From Glaucostegus cemiculus (lineage: Eukaryota): 64,000 nucleotides of DNA. Shown here piece after piece: positions 52,850-63,520 of this stretch (positions within the stretch are counted from its first letter, which is position 1; each line of letters begins with the position of its first letter). The notes below the pieces were generated by a model. The model saw only the letters and a list, made by a program, of their open reading frames with translations, made no database searches and was not told the origin of the DNA. The stretch spans positions 6,324,001 through 6,388,000 of the forward strand of contig CDPCPM010000011.1 of NCBI GenBank assembly GCA_976551045.1. The letters run 5' to 3'. Both the position numbers and the translations under genes were made by a program.

Positions 52850-53225
52850 CGTGAAATACTTTAAATTTTTTTCTCTTAATAAAGGGATGTTGCGGTCTCC
52901 TTCAGCAGCTATGGTTAAAAATTGTTCCCACATTTTGATTTTTTTAAGAATCCAGCTGCCAGTAGCGGAGATGATATAACACTTCTTTCCCCCAAAGTAA
53001 AGATATAATTTGTTCAGGAAGTCTTCGGATGCTTGTCGATTCTCTTATGTGTTAAGTGATACGTCTTCCACTTCCCAGGGTGCATTCATTCCCCATGTTT
53101 CAAACAGCATAAACACTGCACTGTGCAGCTTATAATGTTGCACAATGACAACCTATCTTTCATGATGTTTCTCAGACAGAAATAAAAAGACAAATGGCAA
53201 AGAAATTGGGCTCTGTGACATCAGT
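52850..53225 (-). promoter_or_regulatory. Candidate non-coding first exon and promoter
   Basis: Consensus donor CACG|GTGAGT (52850/52849, minus), a TTATAAG TATA-like element at 53129-53135, TGACATCA at 53216, and several CpGs in unique sequence. Confidence 0.3.
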
Positions 53226-53325
53226 TTTTATGCCGCGACATGTGCTGAAATGCTTCCAGTTTCAACGCCGACTCACTGTGGTACATTTTTACCATGTCTT
53301 ATACTGCCTGGCAAATTGGTGAGCA

Positions 53326-53514
53326 GAGCAACACAAAAAGCGCTGGAGGAACTCAGGTCAGGCTGCATGTATGAAGGGAAATGGACAGTTGACGTTTTGG
53401 GTCTCCGGAAACATTGACTGTCCATTTCTCTTCATAGATGCTGCCTCACCCGAGTTCTTCCAGCGCTTTGTGTGTTGCTCCAGATTCCAGCATCTGCAGT
53501 CTCTTGTGTCTCCA
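53326..53514. mobile_element. Fold-back Penelope-derived element, copy 8 (tight hairpin)
   Basis: Ungapped arms of about 76 bp with about 12 mismatches and a loop of only a few nt (53326-53480), followed by the family tail ccagattccagcatctgcagtctcttgtgtctcca. Confidence 0.85.
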
Positions 53515-53897
53515 TTTGGCTAGCAGAGTGGTTCCTACTTTGGATGCATGCAGGCAAATGGTGATGTTACTGCTCCTGCACTGCTGGCTTCATGGTCTCC
53601 CTGCCAAACGAGGAGGTGACCATTCAGTTCATGCTATGCACAGGAAACTTGGTACTTAGCAGCAGAAAAGTACTCTGTGCTTCCTAAAGAGATCCTTTAT
53701 GATTAACAGATATATTGGGGACCAGCTGGGTAGATAACTGGTCAGAGGGGGTGATTCCTTTACATTGAAGAAGTGTATGCTGGGTGTTCACAAATTGTAC
53801 CCTGTGGATTGTACTAATGACTAATGGCAGCTGGGCACTACATCACGAAGAATTTTATGTCATTCCACTCAGTTTGGAAGCTTGCTGACGAAAGTGA

Positions 53898-54050
53898 AGA
53901 CTCCAATTTTCCAATGGGAATCTGGACTTGCTTGGGCCCTGCACACAACTCAGATCAATAAAGAAGTGCTAATAGAAGCATGTCGGAGATGAAGTCAATG
54001 CCAAGGGTGAATCACCCAGGGCATGGGTTTGAGCTTGCAAAAATTTTAAC
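53898..54050 (+). pseudogene. Decayed Myb/SANT-like (MADF/trihelix) domain, probably Harbinger-derived
   Basis: A single frame reads RLQFSNGNLDLL...**KHVGDEVNAKGESPRAWV*ACKNFN. This matches the pattern RFSxxxLxxL...WxxVAxxVNA....RTxxQCxKKFN, with 3 stops and an internal deletion. Confidence 0.45.
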
Positions 54051-54375
54051 TGCTTCCAACATGTGCTTGAGATCGATGAAGACATCAGTAAATAGACACA
54101 GGTTACGGCTCAGTGTAGTTCCAGCACAAGTCACCTTTCACAGCACAACTTCACCCCAACACTTCAGTCTTTCTGCAGAAACATTTCTGCTGCTTATGTA
54201 TTCTCAAACTCTTCCGCTTTTCTATCCATTCATTTGCATGTTCTTCTAGACAGTGGACAGTATTCTACCCTCAACCAATAACAACAGAAATAAAAATAAC
54301 TGGTATTTCATCAGAATGTAGAAAGGAAATTTGAATAATATTTCCTAGAACACCTTTCTTTTCTTCCTCACTTCC

Positions 54376-54619
54376 TTTTTTATTATTTACAGCGTGGTAA
54401 CAGGCCCCCTCGGCCCTCCGAGTCCACGCCACCCATTTTAACCCCCCAAATTAACCTACCCATACGTCTTTCAGGATGTAGGAGGAAACCGGAGCACCCG
54501 GAGGAAACCCACGCAGACACGGGAGAACGTACAAACTCCTTACAGACAGCGATGGGAATCGAACCCCGATTGCTGGCGCTGTAACAGCGTCGCGCTAACT
54601 GCCACGCTATCGTGCCGCC
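54376..54619 (-). mobile_element. Young full-length V-SINE with short CR1-like tail
   Basis: On the minus strand: ggcggcacgatagcgtggcagttagc head, B box ggttcgattcc, an intact CpG-rich V core, and tail gggccgagggggcctgttaccacgctgtaaataataaaaaa. Confidence 0.93.
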
Positions 54620-55013
54620 TTTGATTGGCATTTTAGATTTCTTTCATGTTTGACTGCTTTTTGTTCATTTCCAGTTATGGTAGTAAATCTCTTACTTTCT
54701 CCTTCCACATCTCCATACGTGTGAGGCCAGCATGGACATGATGTTATAAACACTCTCCTTCTATCCAGTAAGTTTCAATCATTTAAAGAAAAAATCTTAT
54801 GTGCCTTTCATTGGTTTTCCATGTTGACATGGGCAGCTGAATCCTGACACAAGGTTCAAGTTCAGCTGAAGTCATCCTGTTGCTGGCAATGTAGGTCAAA
54901 GCAGTGAATGTATTGTTTGTTCATGCTTATGTCCCACCTTGTACTGCAGTACCAGACCCCTGCCACAGAGCAGCATCGCAGTCCTTCAGGGCTCAAGGTC
55001 CGATGGTTTGAAT

Positions 55014-55432
55014 GAAGTGCAGTCTCCCAGGTCCTACTTAAAGAAGGATGTACTTACATTTGAGTTGATTCAGAGAAGATTCACCAGGATGACTGCTGGG
55101 ATGAACAGATTTTTTTAATGAGGTTGAGCCTATACTCATTGGAATGCAGAAGGAAGAGAGGCAATCTTATTGAAGAATATATGATATATGATTCTGTGGG
55201 GGCTTGACAGAGTAAGTGCTGAGATGTTGTTTGGAATTCTCTGCTGAAGATAAAGCCAGAGGCCGAAATATTGAATATATTCAAGACTAATATAGTCAGA
55301 CTTTTGTTCTATAAAGGAGTTAAGGTTCTGAAAGTAGAGCTGAAGCCAAGATCAAATCAGCCATGATCTTATTGAAGGGCAGAGCAGACTCACAAACACA
55401 TGACTTATTCCTGCTCCTATTTCTTATATTCC
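55014..55432 (+). mobile_element. Decayed, internally deleted CR1-type LINE 3' end
   Basis: YLKKDVLTFELIQRRFTRM and LYSLECRRKRGNLIE peptides. The 3'UTR contains atcagccatgatcttattgaa..ttcctgctcctatttcttat. Confidence 0.85.
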
Positions 55433-58400
55433 TCTACTCCAGCTCCAGTCACACCAGATGTGCATCAATAACTTCAGAACGATGGTCTCCACTGATTCCA
55501 CAAAAGATTCCCGACATGTTTTCCTTGCTGCTCTGGTGTGACTGTAAAGGTTAAATGTGGATTCTATACTTGTTGAGTGTGGCAACATAAAGAAGGCAGA
55601 TGGTAAAGGAGTTGAGAGAAAATGAAAATCTCTCTATGTTGAGATGATGTTGATGAATTAAAGGGAGAATAAATCAAGCTGATATTCTTGATCTAAAGAC
55701 TTTGCCTTAAATAGTTTTCCATTGGTTATGGTTGCCTTTGTAGTGAGCAAGGATCCAGACCATCACATGGCATGAATTCTGCATGAGTGGGAGGAATGCT
55801 GGGTTATACTCCACTACGTGCACACAGCATCACATTAGTCTGCACGAATCTGGATTCAGTTAACTTCCTGAGGCCCCACCTGCTCAGACTTACCTGGCCT
55901 GGATATGAAGGGGTCTTCTCATTACACTCCCCACCTGGACACACTCAATGAGAATCCACAAGGACTCAGTAGAGTAGGTGTCAGTCAGCACACTGCTCAG
56001 GTCCCACCTCCCCGGAAATGCTGATAGCTTTTGACAGGAGGAACAACAGGAATAGCTATGAAGGCTTTAAAACAGTTTTTAAATGTATCTGATGTCCATA
56101 GAAATTTAAAGATTTCCTAAGATGGTTTCAGATCATTAATAAAACATGCAAATAATTAAAAACACAATTTAAACACAAAGAAATAAATAATATTGAAATA
56201 AAGTGAGAAAAATAATTTACTGTTTCCTCCTAATCTCCAGGTTGGGAAACCCCATGCAAACAAACGGTGATTTCAATCATACATCGCTATTGGATTACCT
56301 AGTCACCACCTTTCCCACCCTATGCCTGGTAAAGGTCAGGAGAGGTGGTGACTGCATAACACTGGAAATCCCAGCACAACTGAACTTCACTTTTGGACCA
56401 CATTACAAAAGTCTTCATAAGTCTGTGAATTAGGGAGTGGTTGAATACTGATGACCAATATGACTTGGCCCATTGCAATCTGCTACTCTGCACCCTGGTA
56501 AATACTGAGTCAAATGATGATTCGCAGTTATAAAACATACAACTTATAAGCAAGACCCAATGACCCACTCTATTTAGAAACATGTTTGTATTTCAGTATC
56601 CAATACAATCATCATTTAGTTATGTTCCTTGACACTCAATGACATTCAGTGAAATGGTGCTAAACGAATCCATTTCCTGGCCAAGGCTACTGGCTGAACA
56701 AGGAGCAGGGGTGCAGGGGCAGAGTGAAGAGCAGTAGGTGGAGTGAAGAATGAAAGGTAAACATGGGACACATTTTATGGGGTTACAGTCCCATCACTGC
56801 ATTCAGAGCTCAGAAGAATATCTCCCAATATCACCATGTGGTGGCCTAATAATAATAATGAGTTTCAGCAATGTGTGAACTTTGAATCACCAGTAGCTCA
56901 CAAAGTAATAACAAAATGTTAAGCAAGAACCACTTGTATGTAAGCATCATTTCATAAGATTTTTCTTGTGACAATGGAAGCATAAAATCCAATGAAACAG
57001 AATCAGCAGAACTTATGGGACTTATTTTCATGTTTTCATATTAAGTGTTAATATCCATCTCAGGGTGATCTAATTTGGTTTATCAAATTAATATGGCTGA
57101 TTGTTTTGTAGCAATGGAGGTATACGCTGTGCATTTTTAAATAATTACATCATCATTCATAACATCAACGTTTACGTAAAATGTGTTGCAATGGTAACGG
57201 AATAAAAATTATACTTTGATCATCTGTGCCATATCACTGAATGCCCATAGAACTTGTCTCCCAATATTCCATTAACTTCACTGGGGTTGAATATCAGAAG
57301 CGGCGTGGACGACACTATCGCTCCCATATAGACAAATTCTCTGCCTATGTGTAGTAGGAACTGGATACTAATGGATTTTAACTTTTCTGGAAGCCATATA
57401 TTGCTTGCCCTATACTTAGCCATCAAATTGGATTTTGGACACAGTTTTAGGTAGTATGGATTACTTTCTAACATGGCATTTTATTGATCATAGAGAAACT
57501 AGTTTACAAGGCTATACAGGAATCTGGGAAATGTTATGTGGAAGATAAGAACACCACAAATTCCAAGAGGAAAGTGTTGAGTTCAATTCTCCAAAGAAGC
57601 TTTATCAACAATAAATAAAAGGTACTAAGGGAACACATCAGTTTATAAAAAAAATAATATTCCCAGCAGTAAGTGCCTGAAAAAGAAAACATCTACATTG
57701 CATTACTTAAGGCTATAAAAACTACCAGATGCACTGGATCTGCTATAATAGGATACAACATCCAGTGATCCTCACTCTTGGTTACTTCAATATGCTGGCT
57801 GTCTCGATTCAGTAAATGAAGATCAGGTATGGTTACATACATATAGGCAGTTGTTCATTGGTCTGTAAGCATCAACTGGTTCATGTGCAGAAGCATTTTC
57901 CCTTGTAGAAAGGAGAAAGCAGTTGCACACTGCTCCATTGGTAGAATTCCTGCAAAAAAAACTATTTACAATAACATGGATCCATCCCAGGTGTGAGGAA
58001 TTTCTAAATAGGTGATCCTCATACTGGTTGGTGTTCAGACAGGCTTTGCAGCCCTCCTGAATTTTTACATTTTCATCCGTATTTCATTGACAGGGGAATT
58101 GAAAAAAGTCCCTTTGGATCAATATCTTGGCAGCAGAAGTGTTTCTGTTCCTTTTGTACATTCCTCTGGTGTAGCACTTCTGTACCATTTAGTCACTGCA
58201 CGTTTTCTGGCTGGGAAGTAGACAGGAAATAGATGACTCTTTACTTCTGGCTCTTCCTTGCAGGCCGATGATTAATGAAGGCTATTTTTCTCCAAGTCTC
58301 ATTCTGTTACCGTCAGAGTTAAGTGGGTTGCAGACAATACCAAACAAGCAACTGCCTGGGCCTGGGGCAGCCAAGCTCAACCTAGGCACAAATTATTTGC

Positions 58401-60544
58401 GACGTGTACAGTCAAAACACATGGAAGTGGAAAAATCAGCTGCTGGACAGGGGCTTTGTTAATGAGGATGGGCAGAGAAAATCAGGAATTTCAAAGTATT
58501 TATTTTACAGTTACTGCAGGGGATTAATAGTTTAAATGCTCAAATTGTCTGGTTCAAAGTATTATTGAAAATTAGCTGCACTGTGGCAACATTTGTGTAT
58601 AACTTTTAAGTTGCACAAGAAGAGATGAGTAACAAATAGGGATGGGGTGGAGGAGGAAAGGAAAACATAATATAGTTCATATGTGTCAACCAAGCCGAGT
58701 GGAATATTAAAATCAACCCATTTTAAGTACATATGTGCACCTATGCAGGATACCTGCATATGTGGATGTATTGTAATAGTCAGTTAGGGTATTGTTTTCC
58801 TCCTTATAATTTGTGAGAAATAACATTTGTATCAGTGCAAGTGGTTGCCTTTTCTTCATAGGCTTTGCAAAGCAAACAGGTAATTTGCACTCAAATCTGC
58901 TCAACAAAATTGTTTTGTTAATTAGGTTTTACAATGATTTGCCTAACTGTTCTTAAAATTCAAGGATGATTAAAAATGAAGCTGCTAAATTAAGATGTTC
59001 TTTCTGGTGTAAATAATTTCCATTATTTAAATATCACAAGAACCCAGAATTTGTGCAATTGTGATAAGCACAGTAAGTAAGGCTTAGAAAGTAAAACTCA
59101 GTCCGACTGCACTTATTCAGTGCCAACATTTTCTGGAAACTCAAATTTTGGCTAATATGTTGCAGTGGGGCATCTTGTGCATTCAGCCATTATCTGGGCA
59201 TGTTCTTAGAAATAACAAGTTTTAAATCTTTTTGTGTAGCAACTTGTTGAAGGTGTGAGCATGAGGGAAATCAGATATTCAGGACCTGACTGAACAGGAA
59301 AGCAACTGGGCAGCTTCTTAGCCAGTAATTTCATGGTCCTTCTGTATTAATAAAGCTAAGACTGACATGGAAGTGTAAACCAAGAGGAACATTCTAGTTC
59401 AAATCAGGCACAAAAGGGAAACTGAAAGTTTTAAAATAATTATTAACATGTTTAAAGAAGTTTAAAGCAACTAAGCAGTGAAGGAATGATACTCCACATG
59501 TTTTTGACCTGTTTTCTGCAGTATCATTCTGCAATGCTGTTTCCACAAGGGCCAATAAAACTAGCACCAATGCAGCAAATTGTTCCTCACTGTTATTTAC
59601 AATGGGGGTAGACCTTGTGTTACAAACCTTCATAGGCCACGGCAGTGAGTCTGTGGGAATGGAGGTGATATCCCAGCAAGAATGAATGCTGCTGCAGCCT
59701 TACATGTTTTCACCAAGATCATTACTGTCTGAAACTTCAGCAGAAACAGCAAAGGAGCGCTTCATTATTTTCAGGTCAATATGCAATGCAGTGAATCGAA
59801 AACTAAATGCCTAGATGTTAGCCTGGAGGAGGAGTTCTGTGCAGGGGGTCACAGTGTGGTCAGCATATCCAGATTAAAGTATTGGCCAGTCCTTCAAACT
59901 TCCACATGTGCACGTTGGAATAAGACGTCCGAGACAAGCTGGAGGTCAGGTCGCACCTGAGTGCCTGCAGTACCAATAATCTCCGCAACTGACCACAGCA
60001 ACATCTGTCTGATGTGCTGACGGAGGGCTGGTGTGCTCATTCATCTGGATGGGGTCACAGACCACGTCTTGAAAGGCAAATGCATGTAGGTTCTTGAGTT
60101 TATTTTAATGTTCCAAATTAATTGTAAGTGCTTTAGTGCTGTTTTATCATTTTCGTTTTGAAAAAAAATTATATCAGTTCAAGTACTTTTAAAATTTTAC
60201 TTTAAGAAAAATCTACAAACAATTCAAAAACAGTTGACGTCTTTGGTGATGGAGCAGCCTCAGGTCGCGCTGGCACTGAGCCTTCACTGCAACTCTGTGT
60301 TTGAGAGGCTGAAGGTGTTTGGACTCATGCATCCATGCCAGTTAGAACAGATACGAGGAGAATGCAGGAGATGAACCAAATTGAGCACCATGTGGTCTAT
60401 TATTTTTCATGACTCATTCTGAAAAGTCAGCACTTTTCACTCACTTTTCTGTCCCCTCTTTTTTAAGAATGCCCATCACATATCTAATCCCAGGAAAAGA
60501 GAATAAGAAGCACTCAACAGACATGAATCTGACTCTCCACGTAG

Positions 60545-61753
60545 CTGACCTGAGAAAACACCCTGCTTTTCTTGGACAACCTTCTACACTATCAAAACTG
60601 AAATGTGGAAGTTAATGCAGTAGGTCCTGAAAACGCACTCTCATCCTACCATTCCATGAAACAATGCTCTGGAAACTGAAAGATTTTATTATCAGAAGTC
60701 TCCTAATCTTAAAGTTCCTTGTCTGTTTGAAACACCAAGAGGGGAACGTAACAAAAATTATAAAGGAGGAAGTGCAAATAACAACTGAGAAGTTTAAAAA
60801 ATATATGGCTCTAGAAAAGGATGCCATTAAAACAAGAGTTAAATCTATTACAAAAGTATATTTGAGATCAATATACATGATAATTTCAATGCAACATTTT
60901 CTTCATGAAGATTGGATTCTGGCAAGAAGAAATTTTTTTTTAAAGGGACATTATAAAATGGCATGTTACAAAGCAATACTCTCCACAGGACATTGCACAA
61001 GGTAAGTCATTAGAGATTATTTAACAAAAGGGGAAGCTGCTGGCATAGAGGAGATTGTAACCACAAAGATGAATTGGCCATGTGGATGTAATCATGCTGG
61101 ATGATTGTACTCCCAATGGATGGCCGTGAACAATGGATTATCTCAGAATTAACGTCTGTCTCAAAATGCAAACGAATTTGTCCAAGTTTTCAGGCAATGG
61201 GATGGAAGAAGGATGAAACTCAGAAATCTACAGGAAGACACCCCTGGAAGAAGAATCACAAGAAATGAGAAGAATAAACCTAGTAAAAAAACTTAAAAGT
61301 ACGTGTCCTGACAGAGGATTGTAGGTTGGGATATTTAATTGCTGTTTCCTATCATGTAGATAGCTTAAGTAACAAGAGATGTGATGAACATAAAAATTTG
61401 AGAGGGCAAAAAGGAGGAGAAAATTATAATGTTTGCTGAAGTCACTGTACTGATACCAAAGGATAACCAGCAAAATGTAGTAATTGATTGTAACAGCAAA
61501 GCATGTACACAGCTCTCTTCCATGTGTTAAATGATGTAAACAAAATTGCAGAAACAAAATCCAGAATAGATTCTGAAATTCACAGTGGTGTTCCTTTGTA
61601 AAACAATAGAAACTGACCTGAGAAAGCACCCTGCCTCTCTTAGATACCCTTTTACATCATCAAAGCTGAAATGTGGAAATTAATGCAAGTAAGTTCTCAA
61701 AATGCACTCTCATCCTACCATTCCATGACATGTTCTGGAAATCAAAAGATTTT
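60545..61753 (+). repeat. Two ~143-bp direct repeats (60545-60687, 61613-61753) flanking a decayed CR1-like segment
   Basis: About 84% identity by manual alignment, including a 25-bp exact match gcactctcatcctaccattccatga. The interior has RT-like traces near 60885-61080. Confidence 0.85.
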
Positions 61754-61820
61754 TTAGAATTTGGTCTGACATTGAGACAGAACATGGAGCTAATATGTTA
61801 ATTTTGGTTTAATATTCCAC

Positions 61821-62492
61821 GTGGAACAATGACTCAGTCAATAGCCTTCAGAGTCAGAAGGTTGCTGGCTTGTTCCACTCCAGAGACCTGAGCAAGAAAA
61901 ATCTATGTTGACACTCGAACACAGCAGTCTCTGTTATATTTGTTCTTCATCAAGAGACAAACTTCGCGTGGGTTTAACAGCTGAACATTTTTATTAACCA
62001 ACACCAGACAGGCTTGCTTTCCCTCTCCTTTTACAGACACTTCCTGTTCTCCCATGTGACCCCTTGCATTGCCTACTGGGAACTGTAGTTCTTTATTATA
62101 ACTACATAATAACACATTATAACACAGTCTCAGTAGTGCACAATTTCAGGTGTTATCTTTCAGAGTAAAGGTGAAAGCAGGACTCTCCTGCCCTCACAGA
62201 TCACAGAACGCTCCAACACCAGTATTTTGTAAAAAGGAAACTGGTTTATATTGACCAATATTCTTGGAAATATTTGTTCCTCAATCAATGTCACCAAAAG
62301 ATTTTATCTTGTCAATATCAGGTTACTGTTTATGAAAGGTTAGCACATACAAAGTAGTTGCTATTTTCACATTACAACAGTGACCACAGTTCAAACACAA
62401 GGCAAGTGCATTGGTGGTCAAGTGGTTAAGATAATCCAAGGCTGTGAAAATTTTTATATAAATATTTTTATATAAATGCTTTTATTTTCCTT
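61821..62492 (+). mobile_element. Deu-domain SINE (SacSINE1/AmnSINE1-like) with a ~200-bp insert
   Basis: Head gagtcagaaggttg..ccactccagagacctgagca. The body aatatttgttcctcaatcaatgtcacc..ttatcttgtcaatatca..cattacaacagtgaccaca and the tail tatataaatgc follow the family layout. Confidence 0.72.
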
Positions 62493-63084
62493 TTTAAACA
62501 GATAATTTTATTTTTACCTTTTGTTCATTACTAGGTTGCACCTTTCATAAATGCCAAGCAGACAATGTTACTGATTTAAATTTATTAGTCTAAAAGTTCA
62601 TTTATTAGTGCAAGTTTATTATGGCCTCAAAATTAAATTGTGGCATATAATCATTTGCTAAACATGCTTCTGACATTATACCAGGCTTAATAATGCAATT
62701 TCCAGTCACGTAGTTATGTGGAGGGAAAACACAGACCAGAAGCACTCAAAACATTCGAGGTAGTATTACTTCTTGTGCAATGACCAGTCAACTTCTGCCC
62801 TTGAAAATGAATTACTTGTATGCCATTATAAAAACTTCTGTGGGCTATGTGCAGAAGGGCAGATGTGAGCATTGGAGATAGCCTGCACCTGCAATATTTA
62901 AAGGGATCATGAATTTCTTCCTGGTTTATTTGTAAGTTGATTGACATTAAACCAATTGGAAGTCTGGAGCTGTGTCAGGCTTGGCTGAAGATGACAGTAG
63001 TGGAACCATCTGCACATTAATTTATGAAAAAAAATGGATACTCTAATTATTATCCCAGCAGAATGCTACTGTGTCTATAGAGAA

Positions 63085-63520
63085 TGGCTCGGAAGTTGAA
63101 GGAGACTAGAGGTGGTGGCAGGTGTGAGGGGAGAGAGGGATCTGTGATTTGAAGGGCCTACTCTGTCCCCCAACCTTCCCCCCCAACCAAATGTCTCCCA
63201 TGTCAGGTCACAATCTTTTCCTGTCCGAACTGTAATGCATCCAGAGGTTAAGCCTTCCTAAATCCATCCCCTTCTGCAGAAGCACCTCTGGCCACACGCT
63301 CATATCCATAGCTAAAGGGTGAAGGTTAATGAGTTAATTTCACCCAGAATTTCTCAGCATTCATGTCATCCTAGGCAGCAGTCACTGGCACATTGTACAA
63401 CTCGCAATTTGCAGCACATGTCCAGCCTGAGGAGCAGCCTCTGCTCAGTGATGAGGGAAACCACTCAGGCACAAATGAGATGAATTGCAGCAGCCATTCA
63501 TGAACACTTGAACTTGCTCA
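63085..63520 (+). mobile_element. Possible Harbinger fossil fragments
   Basis: Weak peptide traces LEVVAGVRGERDL (Myb/SANT N-terminus-like) and TLYN..HVQP (LHN motif-like). Confidence 0.2.

Noticed and set aside
54545-54619. tRNA gene
   Set aside because: The A/B boxes belong to a SINE head followed by the V-domain. There is no complete cloverleaf or terminator.
58250-58560. Unique-looking block with homeobox, E-box and MEF2-like motifs (similar blocks at ~32600-32800 and ~41600-41900)
   Set aside because: Motif density is not clearly above chance, and conservation cannot be assessed without alignments.
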